46,483 nt of DNA from Gemmatimonadota bacterium (GCA_039589315.1 JBDHHQ010000032.1:1-46483), one strand, 5' to 3'; shown: positions 28,571-38,501, counted from the first letter of the stretch. Numbers and translations are program-made. The notes: generated from the sequence alone by a model not told the origin.

Positions 28571-28745
28571 GTGCCGCGCGACGTCGCCGGACTCCAACGG
28601 CGCCCCTTCGAGGAAGACGAGTAGGGGGACTGTCCTCTTCCCGTCGGGCAGCCGTGTCCTCAGGACTGGACAGAGGCCGGCTTGCGGAACGCCGGGCAAG
28701 TGGGAAGATTCCTGTTGTGGCGCGCATTTTCGCCCGACCCACCCG

Positions 28746-28761
28746 TGGCACGTACCGTGCA
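28746..28761 (+). promoter_or_regulatory. candidate sigma-54 promoter
   Basis: TGGCACGTACCGTGCA, 34 nt before GTG 28796, with GGAGG in between. Confidence 0.65.
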
Positions 28762-28795
28762 AGCTAGAGGGTGGACGCCCACTCTGGAGGTTGTC

Positions 28796-30679
28796 GTGCG
28801 TAACGCAGTGCTCCTCGGCCTGACAGCCGCAGCCCTTCTGACCTTCCCCGCCGCTGGACTCTCGCAATCCAACTCCCAGTTGGCCCTCCAGGCTAGCGTG
28901 GGGTTGTGGGACGGTGTGGGTGTCGGCATGGCCTACGAGTACGGCGCCACCTCGCCCGCGCACCACGGCACCGGGCAGGTGGCCGCGTATGGAGGAGCCT
29001 ACGACGGTTACGGCGGAGCGTACTACGAGGAGTCGGCGGGCTACGGGTACGGGGGAGGATACGCCATCGGTCATGGATACGGATACGGCGGGGGGTACTA
29101 TTACTATCCCGGCTACGGCTGCGAATACTGGCCATACGGCTGGTACAACCGTTGCCGCTATCGGTCGTACTGGGGTTACTACCCAGGCTACGGCGGCTGC
29201 TGCAGTTGGGGTCACGGCTATTGGGGCTACCCTGCGTATGGCTGGGGGTGGGGCTACGGTGGTGGGTTCGGGATCTCCATCGGTTTCGGTTGGGGTTTCG
29301 GGTTCGGCTTCTCCTACGGTTGGGGCTACCCCCGGGCGGTGGTGTACGGCGGCCATTACTACGGCGGCCACTACGGCTACTGGGGTGGCGGCTATTACGG
29401 AGGCTACTACGGCCGCACGGTAGCCGTGGTCTCACCGCTGGCGACCACCTTCAAGGAAAACCCCCGGCGAACCGGAGCTGGTTCGGTGACGGCCGCAAGG
29501 ACCGGCGCCACCCCGTCGGCTGCGAGCCGTTCGGTGGCGTCGCGCACGACGACGGCGGCGGGCAGCGCCGGACGCAGGACGGCTGCGGTGGACGGTGGCC
29601 GGACGAGTGCGGTCCGTACACCTGCCGGGTCACGGGTGGGCACCACGCCGAGCGGCACCACTCGTGACCGGGTGGGCACGACCGGTAGGGCCACGCCGGT
29701 CACCACCACGAGAGACACGCGTACCAGCACGGGCACGACCCAAACACCGGTGCGGACGCGCCCGAGCGCCACGACCTCGACGCCGACGCGCACTCGCGGC
29801 GGCGCCGCGACTTCGACGCCGGCTCGCACCCGGCCCACCGCCGCACGTACGGCTCCGCCCAGGACCAACTCCAGTGTCCCACGGGGCGTAGATCGACCGA
29901 CTGCGGGGACGACCAGGCCAGGTGTCAACCGCTCGACCACCGCCACGACTCGACGGCCCACTGACGGACTGCGCGGCCGGACGGCCGCGCCGACTCGCAG
30001 CTCGACCGACCTCCGCTCCCCGGCCGGTCCGACGTCCGGTGCGCGATCCAACGTACGCAACTCGACGCCAACGGCCGGGAGATCGAACCGCCCCGGCGTC
30101 ATGCGAGGCCCCGATCCGTCGGTTCGACCAGGTGCCCAGCGGACCCGGCCCTCAGGTACCGTGGGGAGGCCCTCGGCCAATTCGACGGCCCCACCCCGGG
30201 CGAGGACCCGTCCCTCCGCCATGCTTACGGGGCCGGCACCGTCGACCGGCTCGCGAGGCTCGGCCATGGGCCGCTCCGGGATCGAAGCACCTGGGCGGGG
30301 CATGGCGGCACCGTCCCGCTCGGGAAGGCCCACGGGAGCGTTCCGTGCCCCCACGGGCGGCCAGCGAGGGGTCATGTCCCGGCCGTCCGGAGGACGCTCG
30401 TTCAGCCCGCCGCGCTCGGGAGGACGATCCACGCCATCCATGGGACGATCCGGTGCGCCCCGATCCGTACCGTCCATGGGACGGTCGGGCTCCAGGGGAC
30501 GTAGCATGCCCAACATGGGTCGGATGCCGAGCGGAGGGTCTCGCGGCGGCGTGATGCGGGGCGGCGGCAGTGGAGGCTTCCGCGGCAGCGTGATGCGGGG
30601 TGGGGGCGCCGGAGGCTTTGGGGGTGGGGGCATGAGAGGCGGTGGTGTCCGCGCCGCGCCACGAGGAGGGCGCCGCTGA
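28796..30679 (+). CDS. secreted low-complexity protein: Gly/Tyr/Trp-rich region plus long Arg/Thr/Ser/Pro/Gly-rich tail
   Basis: RBS GGAGG, signal peptide MRNAVLLGLTAAALLTFPAAGLS and 627 uninterrupted codons; ends 5 nt before ppk2. Confidence 0.75.
   Translation: MRNAVLLGLTAAALLTFPAAGLSQSNSQLALQASVGLWDGVGVGMAYEYGATSPAHHGTGQVAAYGGAYDGYGGAYYEESAGYGYGGGYAIGHGYGYGGGYYYYPGYGCEYWPYGWYNRCRYRSYWGYYPGYGGCCSWGHGYWGYPAYGWGWGYGGGFGISIGFGWGFGFGFSYGWGYPRAVVYGGHYYGGHYGYWGGGYYGGYYGRTVAVVSPLATTFKENPRRTGAGSVTAARTGATPSAASRSVASRTTTAAGSAGRRTAAVDGGRTSAVRTPAGSRVGTTPSGTTRDRVGTTGRATPVTTTRDTRTSTGTTQTPVRTRPSATTSTPTRTRGGAATSTPARTRPTAARTAPPRTNSSVPRGVDRPTAGTTRPGVNRSTTATTRRPTDGLRGRTAAPTRSSTDLRSPAGPTSGARSNVRNSTPTAGRSNRPGVMRGPDPSVRPGAQRTRPSGTVGRPSANSTAPPRARTRPSAMLTGPAPSTGSRGSAMGRSGIEAPGRGMAAPSRSGRPTGAFRAPTGGQRGVMSRPSGGRSFSPPRSGGRSTPSMGRSGAPRSVPSMGRSGSRGRSMPNMGRMPSGGSRGGVMRGGGSGGFRGSVMRGGGAGGFGGGGMRGGGVRAAPRGGRR
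30542..30619 (+). repeat. imperfect 39-bp coding tandem repeat (RGxVMRGGGxGGF x2)
   Basis: CGCGGCGGCGTGATGCGGGG at 30542 and CGCGGCAGCGTGATGCGGGG at 30581. Confidence 0.7.
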
Positions 30680-30684
30680 CCGCC

Positions 30685-31560
30685 ATGATCGACCCCTTCG
30701 AAAGCCCCCACCTGGTCCCCTTCGAAGGCGGGTTCTCGGTTGGGGCCGCACCTACCGGTCCGCCCCCTGACGCGCCCTCCAAGAAGGCGAGTCGCGACCG
30801 TCTCGACAGCCTCATCGAGGAGCTCTACGAGGTACAGCGCGTTCTCTACGCCGACGACCGCTACGCCGTACTGCTGATCTTCCAGGCCATGGACGCGGCA
30901 GGGAAAGATGGCACCATTCGGGCGGTCATGACCGGCGTGAATCCGGCGGGCTGCCAGGTGTTCTCGTTCAAGCAGCCGTCGCCGGAGGAGCTGGACCACG
31001 ACTTCCTCTGGCGTACCGCCAAGCGGCTCCCCGAACGAGGACGCTTCGGGATCTTCAATCGCAGCTACTACGAAGAGGTTCTCACCGTGCGGGTCCACCC
31101 GGAGTTCCTGGACAACCAGAAGCTCCCGCACCGGACGGACCTGGAACGCCTCTGGGAGGACCGACTCGAGTCCATCCGGAGCCACGAGGCCCACCTGGCC
31201 CGCAACGGGACCGTGATCCTCAAGTTCTGGCTGAACGTCTCGCGGGATGAGCAGCGAAAGCGCTTCATGTCCAGGATCGACGAGCCCAGCAAGAATTGGA
31301 AGTTCAACGAGGGCGACCTCGTCGAGCGTGGCTTCTGGGACGACTACATGGCGGCGTACGAGGCGGCTCTGGCTGGCACGTCGCGCCCCGGTGCGCCGTG
31401 GTACGCCATCCCCGCCGACTCCAAGCCGTACATGCGCATGGCGGTAGCAGAGATCATCGTCAGAACGCTCAAACGTCTGCCGCTATCGTACCCGAAGGTA
31501 GGCAACGACGACTTGGCGGTCCTGGCCGACCTGCGCAAGCGGCTGAAGACGGGAGCCTAG
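30685..31560 (+). CDS. ppk2: polyphosphate kinase 2 family protein
   Basis: QAMDAAGKDG, FKQPS, HDFLWR, IFNRSYYEEV and PWYAIPADSK. Confidence 0.93.
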   Translation: MIDPFESPHLVPFEGGFSVGAAPTGPPPDAPSKKASRDRLDSLIEELYEVQRVLYADDRYAVLLIFQAMDAAGKDGTIRAVMTGVNPAGCQVFSFKQPSPEELDHDFLWRTAKRLPERGRFGIFNRSYYEEVLTVRVHPEFLDNQKLPHRTDLERLWEDRLESIRSHEAHLARNGTVILKFWLNVSRDEQRKRFMSRIDEPSKNWKFNEGDLVERGFWDDYMAAYEAALAGTSRPGAPWYAIPADSKPYMRMAVAEIIVRTLKRLPLSYPKVGNDDLAVLADLRKRLKTGA

Positions 31561-31629
31561 TACGGCCCTCCGCCCCCAGCCGCTGGGGCTCGAGACAGGC
31601 TTGCAGTGAATCCCCGGTGGGGCTCCGGG

Positions 31630-32241
31630 TCAGCCGATCGACACGTCGATCGAGGCGCCGCAGAAGGTCCCGGACACCGAGCCGGTTCCTACCGTCAGGT
31701 CCTGGGCGGCAGACAGGTTCACGCCGCATGTGCCCGAGCGGCCGTCCGAAGCTTCCCAGGAGAACCCGCCGGACCAGGTCGCCGACAACGAACCCTGGGG
31801 CGGATCCCCCTGGGCGGCGATATCCGCGCTGAAGTCGAGCCCGGGCGCGCCCGTCACGAATACGGTCACTCCCTCCACGTCCACGCCGCACGCGGCATGG
31901 ACCTGCGACGTTGAAACGGACACGGCCATGTTCCCGGCCTCCGCATCCACCTCGCCGCTCATCGAGCCCCTGTAGTCCACGGATCCGCCGAGCGGGCACG
32001 GCACGTTGAAGGACACGTCCACGTCGAACGGCGTAGGTGCCGTGGCGGGGCCTTGGGCCCCTGCGCCAGGGAGCTGTTGCTGGGCAGACCCAAGGGCCTC
32101 CCCCGTGAAGATGCCGGCCAGGACCGCGGCTTCCGCAGCCGTGAGCTCGTCGCCTTCGGTCGGGGTAACGGGGTCATCCGAGTCGCCACAGGCGGCGGTG
32201 CTCAGCGCGAGAACCGCGAGGGCGAGGCGAGGGAGCTTCAT
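31630..32241 (-). CDS. hypothetical lipoprotein (beta-rich, Cys-containing)
   Basis: MKLPRLALAVLALSTAAC lipobox; GGAGAG upstream. Confidence 0.75.
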   Translation of the reverse strand: MKLPRLALAVLALSTAACGDSDDPVTPTEGDELTAAEAAVLAGIFTGEALGSAQQQLPGAGAQGPATAPTPFDVDVSFNVPCPLGGSVDYRGSMSGEVDAEAGNMAVSVSTSQVHAACGVDVEGVTVFVTGAPGLDFSADIAAQGDPPQGSLSATWSGGFSWEASDGRSGTCGVNLSAAQDLTVGTGSVSGTFCGASIDVSIG

Positions 32242-32279
32242 GATCTCTCTCCAGTTTGGTCCAGGTTGATCGGAAGCAG

Positions 32280-32696
32280 TCATTGCGGGTTCTTTCTCGC
32301 TCGGTAGAGCAGACGAACGAGCTGGTCGTCGGTCAGCTCACTGATGCCCTCGACCCGCTCGTGGTGGGTGCGGGCTCGTGTATGGCCAGTGTCCGAGTTG
32401 AATACCAGCCAGCCACCGGGAGCGATCCCGACGCCGGACTCAGGCTTGAACGTCACCCTCCACACGTCCCCACCCTGATCGCGGAACCACCGGGCTTCCG
32501 ACGCAGCCAGTGCCTTGGTCAGATCGGAGGCCCGCTCGGGTACGGTGCCGCCTGGCAAGTGTGCGAGGATCCTGCATTCCCGGTCGTCGGCGGCGCGAAG
32601 AGTGACTCGAAGCCCTGCGCCGGTGCGCACGGTCGAGGCTACTTGCCACTCCCTTCCGCCGCGCGTGATCGTCGCGCCTTTGAAAGCCACCACCAC
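32280..32696 (-). CDS. hypothetical protein
   Basis: GAGGAG at the GTG run; co-oriented between the sigma factor and the lipoprotein genes; no family recognised. Confidence 0.6.
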   Translation of the reverse strand: MVVAFKGATITRGGREWQVASTVRTGAGLRVTLRAADDRECRILAHLPGGTVPERASDLTKALAASEARWFRDQGGDVWRVTFKPESGVGIAPGGWLVFNSDTGHTRARTHHERVEGISELTDDQLVRLLYRARKNPQ

Positions 32697-32793
32697 TCCT
32701 CGGGGCCCGCCCTTGTGGGGTCTCGGTCAGGCGGACAGATGAGACGAGTCGTGTCGCGCCCGGGCAGGTAGCACCCGAGCGCGACGTCGGCGC

Positions 32794-33579
32794 TTAGGCC
32801 GCCTGTTCTCCCAGGTGCTGTAGCCGGGAGAGAATCGCTTCGACCCCAGCGAGCCTGATCTGGGAGATCCGGGAGGCCGTTACCCCCATGACGTCGGCGA
32901 TGTCCCGGATCTTGAGCTCCTCCAGATAGTAGAGCGAAAGGACCAGCCTCTGCTGCTCGGAGAGCTTCTCGATCTCCGATCGGAAGATGCGGGCTTCCTC
33001 TCGGCGGTTCAGATCGTCGTCCACACCACGGTCGCCCTCAGCGGGGAGAATCTCCTCCATGCTGGCGCCGTGATAGGTGCCGGGGTCGGCAGGCTGATCC
33101 AGCGAAACCGGAAACGCCTGCTGAAGCTGTCGCTCCCAGCGGGTCAGTGTATCGAGGTTGATGCCGAGCTGGTGGGCGACCTCGGAGTCCTCGGGGCCTC
33201 TACCGAGGTCGCGAGACAGGTCCTTGCGCACCTGACCGATGGCTCGCTGCTTACGGCGGACCGAACGGGGCACCGGATCGCGGCGACGGTAATCGTCCAG
33301 CATGGCCCCGCGGATGCGTGGCACTGCGTAGGTGCTGAAGGCTACACCCCGACCGGGATCGTAGCTGTCGAGGGCGTGCATGAGACCGATGGTGCCGGCG
33401 CTCACGAGCTCCGGGAACTCGGTCTCGATGACCAGCTTGGGCTGTACCTGCTTGGCCACGTGGTGAACCAGAGGCAGGTAGCGCGTGAGGAAGCGCTCCC
33501 GTCCGACTTGATCGGAACCGGTCTGAAGCGCCTGCCAGTCGACTTCTGCGTCCGTCGTCCTCTTTTTCGTCTGTGCCAT
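32794..33579 (-). CDS. FliA/WhiG-family sigma factor
   Basis: YLPLVHHVA, ELVSAGTIGL, FSTYAVPRIRGAMLD, VLSLYYLEEL and GVTASRISQI. Start ATG 33579. Confidence 0.92.
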   Translation of the reverse strand: MAQTKKRTTDAEVDWQALQTGSDQVGRERFLTRYLPLVHHVAKQVQPKLVIETEFPELVSAGTIGLMHALDSYDPGRGVAFSTYAVPRIRGAMLDDYRRRDPVPRSVRRKQRAIGQVRKDLSRDLGRGPEDSEVAHQLGINLDTLTRWERQLQQAFPVSLDQPADPGTYHGASMEEILPAEGDRGVDDDLNRREEARIFRSEIEKLSEQQRLVLSLYYLEELKIRDIADVMGVTASRISQIRLAGVEAILSRLQHLGEQAA

Positions 33580-33637
33580 CGTTCCTGACCCTTGGGGGTT
33601 GGTCCAGAAGCGAATCATCTGCGAGAACCTCCCAGAG

Positions 33638-33704
33638 GCAGGGGCCATACCATCCTTGGGCCGGCTGCAGCGAATGGCATGGGCTGTTCTATAACTCATT
33701 ATTT
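33638..33704 (-). promoter_or_regulatory. candidate sigma-54 promoter with upstream IHF-like AT tract
   Basis: Minus strand reads TGGTATGGCCCCTGC (33638-33652) and AAATAATGAGTTA (33692-33704, two mismatches to WATCAANNNNTTR). Confidence 0.45.
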
Positions 33705-33888
33705 TGCATGATCTTAAGTTCTTCACCTCAACACCCTTGCGCTGACGGCGCTCAGGCTTCATGCGGAGAGTTGGATACTTCTTTCCGTGCGGAGTCCGGT
33801 AAACTTTTCCCATCCGAGAGGGCTCGGGTGAGATACTGGAGAGGCAATGGAGGGAGAGTGGCGGGACTGACGAACGCGACCTCTGGAG

Positions 33889-35250
33889 TCAGTGAAGGGC
33901 TCGATCGTCCCTGGTGTGGCGGAGCCACACGTACACGGGAAGCCCGGAGAGGACCACGCCGATCCCGAGGAGCGTCGTCCAGGGCTGGGCGACGAATCCG
34001 GCGAGGAGCACAGCCGACCCGGCCAGGATGTAGGACAGCGGTACGCCCGGGTATCCCCAGACTCGATACGGCCGCTCCAGGTCCGGCCGAAGTCGCCGCA
34101 TCCTCACCAGGCCCGCGACGGCCAGAATGTAGAAGGGCCACGCACCGAGGACGAATGCGCTCACGAGCTCCTCGAAGCCGCGGAACGTGATGTAGCCCAG
34201 CGCGATGGCGGCGGTCAGCAGCGTGGCCACGTGCGGTGTCTTGAAGCGGGGATGGACCGCAGCGAAGCGTTCGAAGAACAGGCCGTCCCTCGACATGGCG
34301 AAGAAGCACCGCGGCGCGAACATGAGGGACGCATTGGCGGCGCTGAACGTGGCCAGCATGACCAGTAGCGCCACCGTCACCTGCCCTGGAGCGCCCAGCA
34401 CCCGGTCCATCACGTCGGCCGCGATCGAGGTGGAGGCGGCTGCCTCGTTCACGGACAACACCCAGAGATAGGCCGCATTCACGACCAGGTAGATGAGCAT
34501 CACCGTGGTCACGGCCCAGAGCTGGGCAAGGGGGATGTTGCGGCCGGGATCCTTCACCTCGCCAGACAGCGACGTCATGCTGGCCCAGCCCGAGTACGTC
34601 CACATGACGGTCACCAGGGCGAACCCGAAGCCCGTGGCGGAATCCACGGCCAGTGACGGTGCCTCGTTGAGGGCTCCTGCCGAGCCGTCGTAAAGAACGA
34701 AGGCCACCAGTGCGACCCCGACCAGGGCCACGGCCTTGGCAAGACTGGTCACGTTTTCCAGCACGGCGGACCAGAGAAGCGATCGGTAGTTGATCGCCGC
34801 CAGCGCGACGATCGCGCCGGCCGCCACCCAACGCTCCGTCGCCGGTGCCATGCCCACGACCGAGCCGAGGTACGAGGCGAAGATCAACGCCAGCGCACCG
34901 ATGGTGGCAGGCGTCAACACCAACAGGCGAGTCCAACCGAAGAGGAACGCCGGGAGCCGACCCCAGGTTTCCCTGAGGAAGACGTAGACGCCCCCAGGCT
35001 CCGGATAGGTTGCCGCCAGCTCCCCGAAGCTGAGGGCGCCGCACAAGGAAAGGAGCCCCCCCGCTACCCATACGAGCGCGATGGCCCCCACCGCGTCCAC
35101 GCTGCCCGCCACGACGCTGGGGACGCGGAAAATCCCGCTGCCGATCATGAGCCCCACGATGGCGCCCGCGGCGCTCCACACGCCGATGCGGCGCGGGAGG
35201 ACCGACGGGTCGGTGCGGACCTCCACCGGCTGCGCTACCCCTTGATGCAT
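33889..35250 (-). CDS. APC-family amino acid permease
   Basis: MIGSGIF, GELAATYPEPGGVYVFL, YSGW, GEVKDPGRNIP, HPRFKTP and RPYRVWGYP; about 12 TM helices. Start uncertain. Confidence 0.92.
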   Translation of the reverse strand: MHQGVAQPVEVRTDPSVLPRRIGVWSAAGAIVGLMIGSGIFRVPSVVAGSVDAVGAIALVWVAGGLLSLCGALSFGELAATYPEPGGVYVFLRETWGRLPAFLFGWTRLLVLTPATIGALALIFASYLGSVVGMAPATERWVAAGAIVALAAINYRSLLWSAVLENVTSLAKAVALVGVALVAFVLYDGSAGALNEAPSLAVDSATGFGFALVTVMWTYSGWASMTSLSGEVKDPGRNIPLAQLWAVTTVMLIYLVVNAAYLWVLSVNEAAASTSIAADVMDRVLGAPGQVTVALLVMLATFSAANASLMFAPRCFFAMSRDGLFFERFAAVHPRFKTPHVATLLTAAIALGYITFRGFEELVSAFVLGAWPFYILAVAGLVRMRRLRPDLERPYRVWGYPGVPLSYILAGSAVLLAGFVAQPWTTLLGIGVVLSGLPVYVWLRHTRDDRALH

Positions 35251-35423
35251 GCTGCTTGCCTGGCGGTGAATGGATCTGCTGGCGCCGCGGCCCGTGTCCC
35301 ACTCATGATCGGCAGGCGGGGGCATCTCCGCGAGAGGGCGGGACCTCAAAGACCGGGCGACGCCGGTGTTCCTTCCTTATGCCGACGGACTCCGTCACGC
35401 GGGCCTGACCCGGATTCGCCGTA

Positions 35424-35477
35424 CCCCTTGCGTCCCTAGGGGAGCCGGCACTAGGTTACCCCTAGGCACACAAGGGG
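35424..35477. promoter_or_regulatory. twin palindromic operators upstream of padR
   Basis: CCCCTTG-N5-CTAGGGG (35424-35442) and CCCCTAG-N5-CAAGGGG (35459-35477). Confidence 0.7.
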
Positions 35478-35484
35478 AGAGACG

Positions 35485-35826
35485 ATGACACAGAATCCGA
35501 ATCTGGTGCGGGGCACGTTGGACCTCCTGATCCTCAAGTCCCTGACCTGGGAACCCAGGCACGGCTATGCCGTGAGCGAATGGATCGAGTCCGTGACCGA
35601 CGGTTCGTTGCTGATGGAGGAGGGCACCCTGTATCCGGCGCTTCATCGGCTGCGCGGCAAGGGCTGGATCGAGTCCGAATGGGGGCTCTCCGAAAACAAC
35701 CGGAGAGCCAAGTACTATCGGCTCACCCTGGATGGCCGTCGCCATCTGGAACGGGAAGCCGCTTCCTGGATGCGGTACACGAGCGCGGTAGCGCGGGCAC
35801 TGGCCATGGAAGCACCGACGCCGTGA
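35485..35826 (+). CDS. PadR-family regulator (acidobacterial type)
   Basis: GTLDLLIL, HGYAV, EEGTLYPALHRL and SENNRRAKYYRLT. Confidence 0.93.
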   Translation: MTQNPNLVRGTLDLLILKSLTWEPRHGYAVSEWIESVTDGSLLMEEGTLYPALHRLRGKGWIESEWGLSENNRRAKYYRLTLDGRRHLEREAASWMRYTSAVARALAMEAPTP

Positions 35827-38501
35827 AGGAAGGCCCGCGCCGCCGGATCTTCCGGCTGCCCTTCCGGAGTGAAGGACTCCGGTCGGAAGTGGAAGAGGAG
35901 TTGCGCTTTCACATCCGGGCGCGGGCGGAGAAGTACGAGTCAGAGGGAATGTCGCCCGACGAGGCCATGGAGGCGGCGCTTCGAAGGTTCGGGGATATGG
36001 AACGGGTGAAGAGGGAGGTCGAGGTGAACATGAGGAAGAGTCAGCGCGCCATCGGGGCTTCGGACATGATCGATACCATCCGGCAGGACGTGACCTTCGC
36101 GGGACGTCAACTGTTGAAGAACCCGGGGTTCAGTGTCATCGCGATCCTCACCATCGCACTGGGCATCGGCGCCACTACCTCGATCTTCAGCGTGGTGGAC
36201 GGCATCATGCTGCGGCCTCTGCCCTATGACGAACCCGATGAGTTGGTCATGGTCTGGGCCGACTACACCCGTCGGGACGTCATTCTACCGGACCTTCGCC
36301 GAGAGTGGCTCTCGTGGCCCAACTTTGCCGACTTTCGCGACGGGGTCGCGGCTGTCGAACACGTGGCGGCCTTCGGTGGCTGGGGACCCACCCTGACGGG
36401 CGCGGGAGACGCGGAACGGCTGCGGGGCGGGCGCTTCAGCCACGGCATGTTCTCCGATGTGCTGGGCGTGCAGCCCGCCGTGGGCCGCACGTTCCTGCCG
36501 GAAGAGGACCGCGCGGACGGCCCCTTGACCGTATTGCTCAGTCACGGGCTCTGGCAACGGGCGTTCGGCGCCGATCCGGGCGTCGTCGGCTCATCGATTC
36601 TTCTGAACGACGAACCATACGAGGTCGTCGGCATCATGCCGGCCAACTTCTCGCCGCCTGCGTTCCTCGGCGCCGATATCTGGACGTCCCTTCAACTGGA
36701 TGATTCCAACGGTGGTGGCCGGGGTGGTGCGTTCCTGCGCTCCGTGGGTCGCCTCGGCGACGGGGCCACCCTGGAGGTCGCTCGGGCCCAGGCGAGCCAA
36801 CTGGGAGCCCGACTGGAGCAGGAGTATCCCCGATCCAACCAGGATATCGGGTACAACGTCTATCCGCTCCAGTACGACATGGTGCAGCAAGCCAGCACCG
36901 CCCTCTGGGTCCTGCTGGGAGCGGTTGGATTCGTTCTGCTCATCGCCTGTGTCAACGTGGCGAACTTGCTGCTTGCAAGAGGGGCCTCCCGTTCGGGCGA
37001 GTTGGCCGTGCGCGCAGCCCTGGGAGCCGGAGGTCGAAGAATCCTGCGGCAACTCATGACCGAGAGTCTGATCATGGCCGTGCTGGGTGGGGTCCTTGGC
37101 ATCGCCCTTTCGTTCGCAGGCACCGGGTGGCTCGTCAGCCTCGCGCCCCCCGGGACTCCCCTTCTCGAACAGGTCGCGGTCGATGCCCGCATCCTGTTCT
37201 TCGCGGCCACCGTGACCGGGATGGCTGGACTGCTGTTCGGCATCCTGCCGGCCCTGAAGGCGACCCGGACGCAGCCCGCTGCCACCCTGCGGGAGGGCGG
37301 TCGCAGTGGTACTGGCCGTCGGTCGGGTGCCTTGCGAAGCTCGCTCGTCGTGGGACAGGTGGCCCTCGCCCTGGTGCTCCTTGTCGGGGCGGGCCTGCTC
37401 GTCCGGAGCTTTCAGAACCTCCGGGACGTGGACCTGGGATTCGAACCTGAAGGCGTTCTGACCATGGTGGTCCAGCTCCCCGGGGCGCGGTATCCCGACG
37501 CCGAAGCGCGTCGAGGGTTCTTCGGGCCGCTGGAGGCACAGCTCCTCGCCATTCCCGGGATCGAATCCGTGGGTGCCATCAACGCGCTCCCCCTGGCGGG
37601 GCAGGACGGCGACACGGGGTTCGAGATCGAGGGTGCGCCGCCCCCCGAGAGTGGGCGGCGGCCGGCGGTCTGGCTTCGGGTCACGACTCCCGGGTACTTC
37701 GACGCGATGGGGCTCCGGTTGGTGGCTGGCAGAAGCTTCACCATGACTGACACCGACGACCAGCCCCGGGTCATCATGATCAATGAGACCCTGGCCAACC
37801 GGTATTTTGACGGCGACGCAGTGGGCAAGCGGATCAACGTCAACAGCCCCGATTCCCCGGTCTGGCGGGAAATCGTGGGGGTCGTCGGAGACATCAAGAA
37901 CTTCGGCATCCGGGCCGAGAGCCGGAACGCCATGTATGTGCCGTATTACCAGTTCGCGCCGGGCTTCATGTTCGCCACGATGCGAACGTCGGTGGATCCA
38001 GTCACGGTCATGGGCGCAGTCCGTGCCGAGGTTAGCCGAATGGATCCGGGCATCGCAGTGGCACAACTGCAGCCCATGTCGGACTGGGTCGACGGCTCGC
38101 TGTCCGCCGACCGGTTCACCACCAGCCTGTTGACGGGGTTTGCCGCGGTCGCCCTGATCCTTGCCCTGGTGGGTCTCTACGGAATCGTCTCCTACAGCGT
38201 CCAGACCCGACTGCGGGAGGTGGGCGTTCGTATTGCGCTCGGGGCCGAAAGCACCAACATCCGCGGACTGATCCTCCGATGGTCCCTGCGTCTTGCGGTC
38301 GTGGGCATCGCTCTTGGAGCCCTTGGAGCGGCGAGCGTGACCCGTCTCATGGAGGGTCTGCTATTCGGTGTGGGAGCCACGGACGTACCGACGTTCGGCG
38401 GCGTGGCCCTGCTCATGGGTCTTGCCACCTTGCTGGCCAGCTTCATCCCGGCGGTGCGGGCGACCCGAGTGGATCCGATCCAGGTGCTCCGCTCCGAATA
38501 G
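35823..38501 (+). CDS. ADOP-type duplicated ABC permease (MacB/FtsX)
   Basis: GTG overlaps the padR stop; EVEEELRFH-ALRRFG prefix domain, ALGIGATTSIFSVV, LIACVNVANLLL, REVGVRIALGA and VDPIQVLRSE. Confidence 0.92.
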   Translation: MKEGPRRRIFRLPFRSEGLRSEVEEELRFHIRARAEKYESEGMSPDEAMEAALRRFGDMERVKREVEVNMRKSQRAIGASDMIDTIRQDVTFAGRQLLKNPGFSVIAILTIALGIGATTSIFSVVDGIMLRPLPYDEPDELVMVWADYTRRDVILPDLRREWLSWPNFADFRDGVAAVEHVAAFGGWGPTLTGAGDAERLRGGRFSHGMFSDVLGVQPAVGRTFLPEEDRADGPLTVLLSHGLWQRAFGADPGVVGSSILLNDEPYEVVGIMPANFSPPAFLGADIWTSLQLDDSNGGGRGGAFLRSVGRLGDGATLEVARAQASQLGARLEQEYPRSNQDIGYNVYPLQYDMVQQASTALWVLLGAVGFVLLIACVNVANLLLARGASRSGELAVRAALGAGGRRILRQLMTESLIMAVLGGVLGIALSFAGTGWLVSLAPPGTPLLEQVAVDARILFFAATVTGMAGLLFGILPALKATRTQPAATLREGGRSGTGRRSGALRSSLVVGQVALALVLLVGAGLLVRSFQNLRDVDLGFEPEGVLTMVVQLPGARYPDAEARRGFFGPLEAQLLAIPGIESVGAINALPLAGQDGDTGFEIEGAPPPESGRRPAVWLRVTTPGYFDAMGLRLVAGRSFTMTDTDDQPRVIMINETLANRYFDGDAVGKRINVNSPDSPVWREIVGVVGDIKNFGIRAESRNAMYVPYYQFAPGFMFATMRTSVDPVTVMGAVRAEVSRMDPGIAVAQLQPMSDWVDGSLSADRFTTSLLTGFAAVALILALVGLYGIVSYSVQTRLREVGVRIALGAESTNIRGLILRWSLRLAVVGIALGALGAASVTRLMEGLLFGVGATDVPTFGGVALLMGLATLLASFIPAVRATRVDPIQVLRSE

